A stretch of DNA of 64,000 bases from a virus (taxonomy: Duplodnaviria; Caudoviricetes), in IMG/VR virus record IMGVR_UViG_3300033067_002207, positions 1,865 to 65,864 of that record. One strand, given 5' to 3'. The notes below the pieces were generated by a model, which saw nothing but the letters and a program-made list of their open reading frames with translations, was not told the origin of the DNA and did not search any database. This document shows, piece after piece, positions 34,801 to 44,230 of the stretch. The position numbers and the translations under genes were made by a program. Numbering within the stretch: position 1 is the first letter of the stretch; each line of letters starts with the position of its first letter.

Positions 34801-36058
34801 GCTCTTTCCTGAATGCGAACAGTTCCGCGGGCGAAAAAAACAGATCTGCCGAGGCGAGGCTGGCGTCGAGCTATCCAATCAGTGGCGTTCAAAACGCTGG
34901 GGGCTTCCTCCGATCGCGCTGACCGCCGGCGGCGGGACCGTCCCGTCAAACCCCAGCGACCCAACCTCATTACCCACAATCGTTATCCCGCCCCAGCCGG
35001 TCAGTCAAGCGCTGTTCCGCGGGCCGGGGACGGTTTTGAAGGATATCTTCGCCGAACTGGGCCAGACATACGCTCCTGACGCAACCTGCCCGTGCGCCGA
35101 GACCGCGGCCCTGATGGATTCCCTGGGACCGGAAGGCTGCGAACAACACGCCGCGGTGCTGACGGAGCGGCTGCTGGCATCGGCCGCGACGCTGACGGCG
35201 GTGGAAACAGCCCGCCTCGCTTGGCGCGCCCTGATAAAAGGATATGCTTTTGATCTGTCTGCGGCGGGCCTGCTCAGGCTGGCCATCAAGCGATCCCGCG
35301 AAGAGCGGGACAAACATCAGGCAAAGGCGACGACAATGCGATGGTCCTACGGTGTGACGACGACCCTGGAGCGGCGGCATACGCTGCTGCCGAAGACGCT
35401 GGCGTCGCTGGCCGCAGCCGGATTCGACGATCCGCTGATCGGCGTCGACGGTTGTGATCAGTGCGAAACGTACCGCGAACTCGGCCGCATGTTCACGACC
35501 CGCAAATACCTGGGCAACAATTTTGCCAACTGGTTTCTGACCGCACTCGAGGTGTACCTGCGAGACCCGTTCGCCGAACGGTACGCCATGTTCGAGGATG
35601 ACTTCCTGATCTCGGCCGGGGCGAAGGCGTACCTGGAGCAAACCACCGGCGACCCGCGGGCGTACTACAACCTCTTTACTCGACCCGAGACGCAGCAGCG
35701 GGTCAAGCCGGATTACACGGGCTGGTTCTTGACCAACCAGGAAGGTTTTGGAGCCGTGGCCCTGGTCTTCAGTCAGACGGCGTTTCGCGCTCTGCTCTGC
35801 GAGCCGGGGATGCTGCTGCATCCCAAGAACCAGCAGATGAACCCGAACAAGAAGTTCGGACAGTTGGCCCGCGGCAAGGAGTACGTCGACGGCTGCATCG
35901 TCAGCGCATTGTCGCATCACGGCATCCTGGAATTCTGTCATTCGCCCAGCATCGTGCAGCACGTCGGCATGGACAGTTCGTCCGGACATCGCCAGTATCC
36001 TCAGGCGACGACGTTCCGGGGCGAGGAATTTGACCTGCGATCGCTTTTGAAAGCCTGA
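34799..36058 (+). CDS. Cys-motif N-terminal domain fused to a GT-A-like glycosyltransferase domain
   Basis: N-terminal C..F...KQIC and CPC...MDSLGPEGC; C-half WSYGVTT..R, AMFEDD and SPSIVQHVG. Confidence 0.7.
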   Translation: MLFPECEQFRGRKKQICRGEAGVELSNQWRSKRWGLPPIALTAGGGTVPSNPSDPTSLPTIVIPPQPVSQALFRGPGTVLKDIFAELGQTYAPDATCPCAETAALMDSLGPEGCEQHAAVLTERLLASAATLTAVETARLAWRALIKGYAFDLSAAGLLRLAIKRSREERDKHQAKATTMRWSYGVTTTLERRHTLLPKTLASLAAAGFDDPLIGVDGCDQCETYRELGRMFTTRKYLGNNFANWFLTALEVYLRDPFAERYAMFEDDFLISAGAKAYLEQTTGDPRAYYNLFTRPETQQRVKPDYTGWFLTNQEGFGAVALVFSQTAFRALLCEPGMLLHPKNQQMNPNKKFGQLARGKEYVDGCIVSALSHHGILEFCHSPSIVQHVGMDSSSGHRQYPQATTFRGEEFDLRSLLKA

Positions 36059-36060
36059 CC

Positions 36061-36879
36061 GTGATCGACGAAAACGTGCTGATCCCGAAGGCGTCGAAGT
36101 GGCGATTGGGAGACGAAGCCCCCCGGCTCCCCGTGGAGCGGCTGAAAGACATCCACCGCGGCCAGGACATCTATGTGATTGGCTCCGCGGCCAGCATGAA
36201 CCACGTGCGGCCGAGCTTCTTTGAGAACAAGGTCGCGATCAGTGTGAACTACGCCTATCGGCAGTTCCCCTGTGAATGGGTCGTCACCAAAGACTTGTGC
36301 CAGACGGAGTACAACGAGGTCGGGCATCGCCTGATCACGTCTGATTATCTGTGGGGCATCTACCGCGAAAAGCAGCAGGTATTTTACGGCCAGGAACCGT
36401 ACTTCGTGTTCACCCACGTCGACAACCTGACCGATGAGATCGACCTGGACGTGATCGGGTCAGAGAAGATCTTCGTGGGCAAGTCGTCGCTGACCAGCGC
36501 CATGCACGTGGCCGCTCACATGGGGGCGGCAAACATCATCCTGTGCGGCGTCGATGGCGGCACGCTGGACGGAGAACTGCAATACCACGATTATTACAAC
36601 CGGGTAAAAGACCCCGCGGGGATCGAGACATATCACAAGTTCGTCGCCTCGATCATGTGGCAAACGCGGGCAGTCCGGGATAGGCTGCATGCCGTCTACG
36701 GATGCAACGTGTATTCGCTCAACCCGTTTATCGGCTTTGACCTGGAAGGCCACAAATATGAACGTCCTGATCCCGGCCAAGGGGACGTCCCGCAGGATTC
36801 CCCTGAAAAACCTGCAGCCGCTGGGGGCGATGCCGCTGCTCGGCTGGGCGATCTGGAAAGCCCGCCGCTGGCTTCCTGA
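36061..36879 (+). CDS. Maf / DUF115 (MptE-like) family protein
   Basis: LKDIHRGQDIYVIGSAAS...ISVN...SAMHVAAHMGAANIILCGVD signature. Confidence 0.8.
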   Translation: MIDENVLIPKASKWRLGDEAPRLPVERLKDIHRGQDIYVIGSAASMNHVRPSFFENKVAISVNYAYRQFPCEWVVTKDLCQTEYNEVGHRLITSDYLWGIYREKQQVFYGQEPYFVFTHVDNLTDEIDLDVIGSEKIFVGKSSLTSAMHVAAHMGAANIILCGVDGGTLDGELQYHDYYNRVKDPAGIETYHKFVASIMWQTRAVRDRLHAVYGCNVYSLNPFIGFDLEGHKYERPDPGQGDVPQDSPEKPAAAGGDAAARLGDLESPPLAS

Positions 36880-37381
36880 GGCGGTGATCCACGTGGCGAC
36901 CGAGCATCCGGAGATCGGCCGCTATGCGATGGACCAGGGCTGCACGCTCTTTCCGCTGACCGCCGCGGACATCGCGGATCAGCGAGACGCAGCGGGGCCG
37001 CTGACCGACTTCCTGGCGGCGACCGTCGCCCGGCCGGTGATCTCGCTCGACTGCTCGTTTCCATTTCTGCTGCGCAGCGAACTAAACGCCGCCCTGAGCG
37101 ATCCCCGCGACTTTGTCCGGCCGGTGCTGCGCCGGACGCTGCACCTGGAGTCGTACGGTAACACGCTGTCGCAGGACATCCCGGAGCAGGCGGCGCTGCA
37201 GAGCAATTACCTGGTCGCCCGCCGTTGGGAGCCGGTGCGGTCCGAGGAATGGCTCGACCCAAAGCACACGCTGCCGGTCAGTTGGCTGTCATCGATCAAT
37301 ATTGATACGCCGCAGGATTTACAGCACGCCCGCTGGATTGCACAATTCATCCGCCCCGAACACCTGGACGATACGTTATGA
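36758..37381 (+). CDS. Acylneuraminate cytidylyltransferase-like (NeuA/PseF/KdsB family) protein
   Basis: LIPAKGTSRRIPLKNL..LG and INIDTPQD motifs. Confidence 0.85.
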   Translation: MNVLIPAKGTSRRIPLKNLQPLGAMPLLGWAIWKARRWLPEAVIHVATEHPEIGRYAMDQGCTLFPLTAADIADQRDAAGPLTDFLAATVARPVISLDCSFPFLLRSELNAALSDPRDFVRPVLRRTLHLESYGNTLSQDIPEQAALQSNYLVARRWEPVRSEEWLDPKHTLPVSWLSSINIDTPQDLQHARWIAQFIRPEHLDDTL

Positions 37382-38355
37382 ACGAATCCGAATGCCTCGC
37401 CAAAATGAAAGCCCCCGGCGATCGCCGGGGGAACTGCTCAGGCCCGTGGTGCGGCGGGGTCATGCAAATCTGGATCACCCGTGCGTGCGACCGGGCGTGC
37501 TTCGGCTGCACCCAGGGCTCCAATCTGGCCGGTGCGCCGGGGCGAATGACGCCCGATCAGTTTCGCACGGCGGTGCGCTCGGTCGCGGATTATTACGGCG
37601 TGGTCGGTGTGTTTGGGGGGAACCCCGCGTTGCACCGCGAGTTCGAGGAAATCTGCGCGATTCTGACGGAGTACATCCCGTTCGAACGCCGCGGCCTGTG
37701 GTGTAACAATCCCCTGGGCAAGGGGGCCATCATGCGGAAGACGTTCAACCCGGCCGTGTCCAACCTGAACGTGCATCTGGACCGGGCGGCGTACGACGAG
37801 TTTAAGCGGGACTGGCCTGAATCCAACCCGTTCGGCCTGACGGAAGACAGCCGGCACAGCCCGGTCCACGGCTCGATGGTGGACCTGGGCATCCCTGAGG
37901 ACGAACGCTGGGAGCGGATCAGCCGCTGCGACATCAACCAGCGGTGGTCGGCGATGATCGGGGTGTTCCGCGGCGAGGTGCGGGCCTGGTTCTGTGAGGT
38001 CGCCGGCGCGCAAGCGATGCTCAAGCAGCACGACCCGGAGTATCCGACGACGGGCATGCTGGTCGAGGAGACGTACGACACGCGGGCATATCATGGACCC
38101 GGCCCCTGGTGGCAGCGGCCGATGTCCGAATTCGCGGGCCAGGTCCGGCAGCATTGCCATAACTGCCTGGTGCCGCTGAAGGGGTACGGGGAACTGGCCT
38201 GCTCGGAAAGCGGGTCGGAGCAAACGACGCAAAGCTACGCGGACGTGTTCAAGCCGAAGCGGCCGGGGCGTCCGGTGCAGATCGTGCAGTTGATGTCCGA
38301 ACTAGGCCGGCCGCTGGAACGAACGACCGATTACATCCAAAACTCGGCAAAATGA
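37378..38355 (+). CDS. Radical SAM protein
   Basis: ITRACDRACFGC (CxxxCxxC) and FGGNP; further Cys later in the protein. Confidence 0.85.
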   Translation: MNESECLAKMKAPGDRRGNCSGPWCGGVMQIWITRACDRACFGCTQGSNLAGAPGRMTPDQFRTAVRSVADYYGVVGVFGGNPALHREFEEICAILTEYIPFERRGLWCNNPLGKGAIMRKTFNPAVSNLNVHLDRAAYDEFKRDWPESNPFGLTEDSRHSPVHGSMVDLGIPEDERWERISRCDINQRWSAMIGVFRGEVRAWFCEVAGAQAMLKQHDPEYPTTGMLVEETYDTRAYHGPGPWWQRPMSEFAGQVRQHCHNCLVPLKGYGELACSESGSEQTTQSYADVFKPKRPGRPVQIVQLMSELGRPLERTTDYIQNSAK

Positions 38356-38558
38356 TTCAAACGGTGTTCGGCAAAAATCTCGTTCGCCTCAGAAAGGCGA
38401 GGGGGCTGAGCAGAAAGCAATTGGCGGCGCTCGCGTCGGTGCCGTACGGGACGGTCGCCAATGTCGAAGGCGAAGCGGGGATGAACCCCTCTTGGGAAAC
38501 GGCCTGCCGCCTGGCCCTCGCTTTGAATGTCACAGATATCCGGGAATTTCAAAAATGA
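38352..38558 (+). CDS. XRE-family HTH protein
   Basis: FGKNLVRLRKARGLSRKQLA...TVANVEG...NPSW...LALAL; ATGA-coupled on both sides. Confidence 0.9.
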   Translation: MIQTVFGKNLVRLRKARGLSRKQLAALASVPYGTVANVEGEAGMNPSWETACRLALALNVTDIREFQK

Positions 38559-40054
38559 ACGTCTGGACCTACTGGGAAGGCAAGCAGCCGCCGTACATCA
38601 CCGACTGCCTGGCCACGGTTCGCCGCCACACCCAGGCCGACTGCCTGTATCGGCACATCGAGCCGGCGAACTTCGACAAGTTCATCCCTGACGGCCTGCT
38701 GCACCCGCGTTGGCGTTCCATCCCGCAACTGGGCATAAAGAGCGACTGTGTCCGCGTCGCGGCCCTGGCGCAACACGGTGGCCTGTACGTTGATGCCGAC
38801 ACGGTCATGCTGCGGTCCCCGGTGGGGGTGATCCCCGAAGACCGGGACTGTGCGTACATGACCTGGACCCGCCGCCCGCGGCGGGTGATCGCGGGGTATA
38901 TCTACATGCGGCCGGGAAGCCCCGTGGCCCAGCGGTGGCTGGAAAACGTGAACCGGTTCCTGGCTGACGGGAAGATGGGCTGGACCGACCTGGGCGAGCG
39001 GTGCCTGACGCCGGCCGTCGACGCTGAGCCGGACGCCTCAACGGCGATCCCCCTCGACACGTTCCTGCCGGTGGAGGTCGATCGCGAGGTCGAGCGGTTC
39101 TTCGCGAACGACGATTTCCGGTCGCTGGTCAAGCCGCACACAATCGCCTTCGGCCTGAATCACTCCTGGATGACCAGCCGGCAACCGGGGGCGATGCTGG
39201 CGACGCCGGAACGGATGAAAAACAGCCGCCTGATGATTCACCAGGTGTTGACCGAGGCCCGCAAGACGCTCGCGGCACAACCGAAGATCACGGTTTGTTG
39301 CGTGACCTATCGCCGGCCGCACCTGCTGGCCAAGCTGATTCACTCCTTCGAGAACCAGGACTACCCGAACCGGGAATTGCTGATCCTGGACGACTCGGGC
39401 GAACTGGCCGAGGCGTCGGGGCCGCGCTGGCGGATCATTTCATCGGATGAGCGGTCGCCGACGCTGGGGGCCAAACGCAACCGCCTGGCCCGTCTCGTCA
39501 GCCTTGATACGGCCGCGATCGTCCCCTGGGATGACGACGACCTGGCGACGCCTTGGGCGCTCTCCGCGATTGCGGCCGGCCTGAGCCGCGGCGAATGGGT
39601 GCGGCCGTCGCTGGCGTTGGTCCCGTCCGGCGACGGAAAGACGTTCTGGCCGGTCGAGACCTGGGCGTTGCCTGACAAAAGCGACAAGGCGTTTCATCCG
39701 GCCTGGGGATACACGGTCGGAGCATTTTGGGCCGCGGGCGGATATCCCGAAGACGCCTCGCTCGGCGAAGACCTGGTGCTGGCCCGCCGCCTGCGTGACC
39801 TGGGCGTCGCCGAGGCTGACCCGATGACGATGGGGTTTGCGCCCTACTATCTGTTCGGCCCGTGGGACAACGAACACTTTTCTTACCGGCACAAGGACTA
39901 CGCCACGTGGCCCGCTCAGTTCCAGGCCAGCGGCCCACGCAGCGTGACGGTCAGCCCGGTCGTTCACGGCCTGGTGCTGCATCAACAACACATTCGCCCT
40001 GGAGCGATCAAGCGGCCGTTCCAGAATAACTGGTGGGGCGACGACGTCCGCTAA
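38555..40054 (+). CDS. Bifunctional glycosyltransferase (GT32/capsular-synthesis-like DxD domain plus GT2-like domain)
   Basis: VWTYWEG...GGLYVDAD in the N-half; ITVCCVTYRRP...ELLILDD...WDDDD in the C-half. Confidence 0.88.
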   Translation: MNVWTYWEGKQPPYITDCLATVRRHTQADCLYRHIEPANFDKFIPDGLLHPRWRSIPQLGIKSDCVRVAALAQHGGLYVDADTVMLRSPVGVIPEDRDCAYMTWTRRPRRVIAGYIYMRPGSPVAQRWLENVNRFLADGKMGWTDLGERCLTPAVDAEPDASTAIPLDTFLPVEVDREVERFFANDDFRSLVKPHTIAFGLNHSWMTSRQPGAMLATPERMKNSRLMIHQVLTEARKTLAAQPKITVCCVTYRRPHLLAKLIHSFENQDYPNRELLILDDSGELAEASGPRWRIISSDERSPTLGAKRNRLARLVSLDTAAIVPWDDDDLATPWALSAIAAGLSRGEWVRPSLALVPSGDGKTFWPVETWALPDKSDKAFHPAWGYTVGAFWAAGGYPEDASLGEDLVLARRLRDLGVAEADPMTMGFAPYYLFGPWDNEHFSYRHKDYATWPAQFQASGPRSVTVSPVVHGLVLHQQHIRPGAIKRPFQNNWWGDDVR

Positions 40055-40069
40055 CGTAAGGAGAACGCC

Positions 40070-40789
40070 GTGGAAGACAAATACGCTGCCGAGCGGAAGT
40101 TTTGGGCCGAGGAATTCGACCGCTACCTGATCTGGTACGAAGGCCGCATCCCGGAATTCTACGGCGTGCCGGCTCCGCACCCGAAGGCCCGCATTACGCG
40201 GTACGGCGACATGCGGCTGAACGCCTTGGAGACCTGGATCAACGCGGACCGCTGGCGGTACTGCAAACACCTGTTTATCGAGCCGACGTACTTCAACGGC
40301 AAGAACGTCCTGGAGATCGGACCTGGGCCGCTGGGGCTGGCGCGCTGGTTTGTCGGGGCCGCGTTGCAAGGCATCGAACCACTGGTAGATTTTTACGCCT
40401 CGGTGGGATACCCGGTGTTCGATCAGCCGATCAGCTACTCGCGAGACCGGATCGAGGATTCCATAATCCCAACCGGCAGCATGGACACCATTATCAGTGT
40501 GAACGCGATCGACCACGTGGATGACTTCGAAGCCGCGGCCCGTCAGATTCAAAGAATCTTGCGGCCGGGCGGGGAGATCCGTCTCGAGACGCATTATCAC
40601 GAGGCGACCACGACGGAGCCGTGCGTGCTGACGGATGAGCGGGTACGGGCGGCGTTTGACCAGGTGCCGCTCAAGAAGCTGGCCGAATCGCCGTCGTCGC
40701 TGTTCTACCCGCGCGGCACGCACCCGGAATCGGACCGCTTCGTGGTCTGGTCGAACAAGGATTACCTTTACACCGGATGGGCTTACTGA
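40070..40789 (+). CDS. Class I SAM-dependent methyltransferase
   Basis: VLEIGPGP motif I; NAIDHVDD...RILRPGG. Confidence 0.9.
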   Translation: MEDKYAAERKFWAEEFDRYLIWYEGRIPEFYGVPAPHPKARITRYGDMRLNALETWINADRWRYCKHLFIEPTYFNGKNVLEIGPGPLGLARWFVGAALQGIEPLVDFYASVGYPVFDQPISYSRDRIEDSIIPTGSMDTIISVNAIDHVDDFEAAARQIQRILRPGGEIRLETHYHEATTTEPCVLTDERVRAAFDQVPLKKLAESPSSLFYPRGTHPESDRFVVWSNKDYLYTGWAY

Positions 40790-40790
40790 A

Positions 40791-41453
40791 ATGGAAATCA
40801 CCGCGCAAACCGTCTCGGTCGATTACGCCCCACAACTGGCCATGTGCCTGCCTCGCTGGAAAGCGACGTGCGCCCGCGTGCTGGTGGTCACGGCCGAACG
40901 GGATACGGAGACTCGCCTCCTGTGCGAACGCCTCGAAGTCGAGACGCTGCTGACGGACGTGTTTTGGCGGCACGGGGCCAAGTTCAACAAGGGGGCGGCG
41001 ATCGCCGAGGGGTTCAATCACCTGCAGCCGGCCGGCTGGCACCTGTTCTTTGACGCCGACATTCTGCCGCCGCCGAACTGGACCGAGCAACTCAAGCGAT
41101 GGAATCTACGGGAATGCTGCCTGTACGGTTCCGACCGCTACCTGGAGACCGGGGCATTGATTCGTGAGGGGGAATTGGCGGGGTGCTTCCACCTGGCCCA
41201 CGCTTCAGCAAAGGGGATGCAGGTGCGGCCGATCGTGGATACGTTCTGGACGCACGCCGGGAATTACGATAGCAACTTCCAGGCCCGCTGGAACCAGCAC
41301 GAGCGGGTCAAGCTGCCGCTCAAGCTGACGCACCTGGGAAATCCGTTCCGCAACTGGTGCGGCGTCGGCAATGATCAGGGGATGAACGATTTGTTCTCAG
41401 AGCGTCGCCGGCGAGCCGGCTGGCAGCACGAGCGGATCACGGAATCGGACTAG
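40791..41453 (+). CDS. GT-A-like glycosyltransferase
   Basis: VSVDY...VLVVT...FNKGAAI...LFFDADIL. Confidence 0.75.
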   Translation: MEITAQTVSVDYAPQLAMCLPRWKATCARVLVVTAERDTETRLLCERLEVETLLTDVFWRHGAKFNKGAAIAEGFNHLQPAGWHLFFDADILPPPNWTEQLKRWNLRECCLYGSDRYLETGALIREGELAGCFHLAHASAKGMQVRPIVDTFWTHAGNYDSNFQARWNQHERVKLPLKLTHLGNPFRNWCGVGNDQGMNDLFSERRRRAGWQHERITESD

Positions 41454-41632
41454 GCGTGATTTTCAATTTGGCGATCGGATTCAAGGTTTGAGAAAACATG
41501 CGGCGACTGATTCCGCCCCGCTTTTCACAGACCAGGACCGACTCGTGAACGCGAAACTCTTTGTCGGAATGCACAAACATTGTCTCGCCGCTATTCAGCA
41601 AAATGCAAAAGGTATAGCGACATCCGTGCCCG

Positions 41633-41830
41633 TCAGTCAGGGAGCAGTCTATCGTTTCGGCAAGCCCATCTACCCAGGATGACGTTTTCCACGGACGGCC
41701 CTGAGTCTCTGAACCACCGCACGTAGGCGATGACCCGCCCCTCTTTTGTGGACACATCCGGGTTTGCCCACTCCAACAATGAAAAGCAGATCAGCAGCAT
41801 CCCATTCAAAGCAACGACTTTTCCTATCAT
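41633..41830 (-). CDS. Hypothetical protein
   Basis: ATGA-coupled to the VRR-NUC stop; AT-richer segment. Confidence 0.35.
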   Translation of the reverse strand: MIGKVVALNGMLLICFSLLEWANPDVSTKEGRVIAYVRWFRDSGPSVENVILGRWACRNDRLLPD

Positions 41831-42180
41831 CGCGTTCTATCCTTGATCACAACCGGGTTCCCGTATTCTGACAGGCGCAGCACGTCGACCTGCCGCACGA
41901 TCTCAATAAACTCTTCGCGGGAATGAGCGCAGCCGATGACCGCCCCAGCCTTGGCCCATTGCTCAGCCCGATGCCGCTGCAGCTTAGTGTAATCTTCGCC
42001 CGGCTGCTTCAGTTCGACGACCACCATGATGCGTCGATAGCAGACGACGATGTCGCTTTCTCCGGACCGCTGGCGGGCCTGACCAGCCAGCTTCAGGGCG
42101 TGAATCGCCACTCCCGCCTGCTCCTGATCCTTGACCCAGCCCAGGCACTTCTCCTTGATCTTGCCTTCTGGCGTCGACAT
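41827..42180 (-). CDS. VRR-NUC domain nuclease
   Basis: E..I...C...GESDI...VELKQPG...LQ motif. Confidence 0.85.
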   Translation of the reverse strand: MSTPEGKIKEKCLGWVKDQEQAGVAIHALKLAGQARQRSGESDIVVCYRRIMVVVELKQPGEDYTKLQRHRAEQWAKAGAVIGCAHSREEFIEIVRQVDVLRLSEYGNPVVIKDRTR

Positions 42181-42189
42181 CGCGGTCTC

Positions 42190-43140
42190 CTAAATTGCGG
42201 GCTGGGGGTATTCCTGGACTCGCAGGTCGGCGGGCCATTCCGCCGGGTCGCCGCCTTTGGGGTCGCGGAGTCGCCATTCCTGCGGAGTCATCGACTTTCC
42301 ATTGACTGGCAACGTCCCTATCTGCTTCACGAACACCGGCACCCCAGCCGCCTGGGCCTGATCCTTCAGCGATCTGATCCAGGCCACGTCGCATGGGCGG
42401 GCGTGGGGGCCGCTCTCGCCGCCGATGATCAGCCAGTCGATGCCGGCGAACTGCATCCGGCCAACGTCTTCAATGAGCGGTTCCACGCTGATGAATCGCA
42501 CCGGGCAGAGATCAGCACAGCCGTAAAGATGGTCGATGTTGCGAAGATCGGATTTGCAGGCGATCGACGTGCCGAGCCAGACGTTGTGCCTAAATCTCGT
42601 TTCCACAGCAAAATCAGCAACGCACGTTCCTGGTCGATCCGGAATCATTTTTTGAATGTTCTCCGGCCGCTTGGTCAGCAGCAGCCAATCCAGGTGCGGC
42701 GTGGCGTCGATCAGGGCGAAGAGATCGCGGCGGATGTCGTCGAGCACGACATTCTCTTGTTCCGGCTTCTCGCGGCAGACCGAGCAAAACGCCCGCTGTG
42801 GCTCGCGGTGTCCGCACTGCGGGCACTTACCGATGATCTTCCCGTTGTGATCGATGACGACGTCCGGCCAGTCCTCAAACACATCGGCGAGCGACGCACA
42901 GAACACCCTCGCCCGCACGCCGGCCCGCTCGGCGTCGCGGTTCCACTTCAGCGGCTCTTTCCAGTAACTCGGCGATGCCAGCACCCGCGTACCGTGATCA
43001 CCCCACACGCCCAGCGTGCCGGGGTTCCGTTTGCTCAGCGCGTCCGCGTAGCAGTTGGCACAGCCCGCGGCGACTTTCGTGCAGCCGCGGATATGATTGA
43101 ACGTGTGATGACACCATTGGATTTTCGTGTTCTCAGCCAT
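42190..43140 (-). CDS. DUF5131 (Gp37/Gp68-like) protein
   Basis: TKIQWCHHTFN...GCTKV..GCANCYA; VFCASLAD.FE; LLLTKRPEN; W.IIGGESG; zinc-ribbon insertion. Confidence 0.92.
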   Translation of the reverse strand: MAENTKIQWCHHTFNHIRGCTKVAAGCANCYADALSKRNPGTLGVWGDHGTRVLASPSYWKEPLKWNRDAERAGVRARVFCASLADVFEDWPDVVIDHNGKIIGKCPQCGHREPQRAFCSVCREKPEQENVVLDDIRRDLFALIDATPHLDWLLLTKRPENIQKMIPDRPGTCVADFAVETRFRHNVWLGTSIACKSDLRNIDHLYGCADLCPVRFISVEPLIEDVGRMQFAGIDWLIIGGESGPHARPCDVAWIRSLKDQAQAAGVPVFVKQIGTLPVNGKSMTPQEWRLRDPKGGDPAEWPADLRVQEYPQPAI

Positions 43141-43537
43141 TGTTTTTCCTTCGCTTTCGGTCGTGTTCTCGCCGGCATTCGCGGCACTGCCGACAGCCGT
43201 TCTTCTTGATGATCGTGTTCGCTTTCGTGAACCGATGACCCCTGATGCAATGCGTCTGCTTCACCTTCGGACAATCTCGATGCGAGTGGCATTTCGAGCA
43301 AACGACTTGAACCGTCAGGTGGTGTTTCGCGGCATATCCTTTGTGATGATCGTATTCGTGCCGGCGATCACTCCCTAAATGTCCGCAGTCTGCACAATGG
43401 ATCGTGTTTGGATCAGGCAGTCGCCCGTTCTTCACTTCAAGATTGACGCGGTATCTCGCTTGGATTTTATCTCCATCGCGAGGCGGTGCTGGCGTCGGTC
43501 CTGGTCTCCCGGTGATCTTGTTTACTCCGTAGGGCAT
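43133..43537 (-). CDS. HNH-like endonuclease with a C-terminal zinc domain
   Basis: CADCG...YDHH.GY...VCSKCH; THCIRGH...CRECRR. Confidence 0.75.
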   Translation of the reverse strand: MPYGVNKITGRPGPTPAPPRDGDKIQARYRVNLEVKNGRLPDPNTIHCADCGHLGSDRRHEYDHHKGYAAKHHLTVQVVCSKCHSHRDCPKVKQTHCIRGHRFTKANTIIKKNGCRQCRECRREHDRKRRKNNG

Positions 43538-43896
43538 GAAACGGCTCCTTCCCCCTGACTCATTGCCCACTCCCGCCAGCGGTCGTTATCACGCAGCACG
43601 TCGTCAGGCGGCTGCGCATCGTGCGTCTTATACTGCAGCATCTTCAGCCACTCGCCGACCCGGCGACGGGTCTTCGCATCTACCCGGTCGATGTGCAGGC
43701 TGGTGTATCCATCGAGAACGCCGACAATCACCGCCTCGTCCGCGGCCGGCACATCGTCAAGCTGATCCAGTGCATCCCATTCGCCGGCGACTGACCGCAC
43801 AAACCGCAGGTACTTCGGCGTGCGGCTCAGCAGCAGCGGCGGTCCGAACTCCGGGAAGTCAAGCACCACGCGGTTTTGATAGCGGTCGCAGATCAT
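43522..43896 (-). CDS. Hypothetical protein
   Basis: Compact ORF in the leftward operon (PLLLSRTPKYLRFV...WDALDQ). Confidence 0.7.
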   Translation of the reverse strand: MICDRYQNRVVLDFPEFGPPLLLSRTPKYLRFVRSVAGEWDALDQLDDVPAADEAVIVGVLDGYTSLHIDRVDAKTRRRVGEWLKMLQYKTHDAQPPDDVLRDNDRWREWAMSQGEGAVSCPTE

Positions 43897-44120
43897 GGTT
43901 TGTCCGTGACATCAGAGTAAATGCGTACGGACTCCACGGTGAAGTCGCGAACCACCGCCACGGACAGGGAGTCGCCGACCAAGCGTTTAAACTGGTTGAT
44001 AAACAGGTGCCCGGTTTTCAGGTTAATAATCGCCTGGTTCCCATTCCAACCCGGCATCGCCAGGATCAGGTCGCCACGGCCAGCAGATCCTCGTTTTCCG
44101 GGTCGCCCTGAGTGCCGCAT
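43893..44120 (-). CDS. Hypothetical protein
   Basis: Coupled ORF in the operon. Confidence 0.45.
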   Translation of the reverse strand: MRHSGRPGKRGSAGRGDLILAMPGWNGNQAIINLKTGHLFINQFKRLVGDSLSVAVVRDFTVESVRIYSDVTDKP

Positions 44121-44230
44121 GCCACTACGCGAAAGACGCCGTCCAGCACGGTACTGCCGATCGCGTATCGCTTCGCCTCAGGCTTTTTTACAACGTCCAC
44201 AATCACGATTCTCTCCTTTGAAACCCCCGA

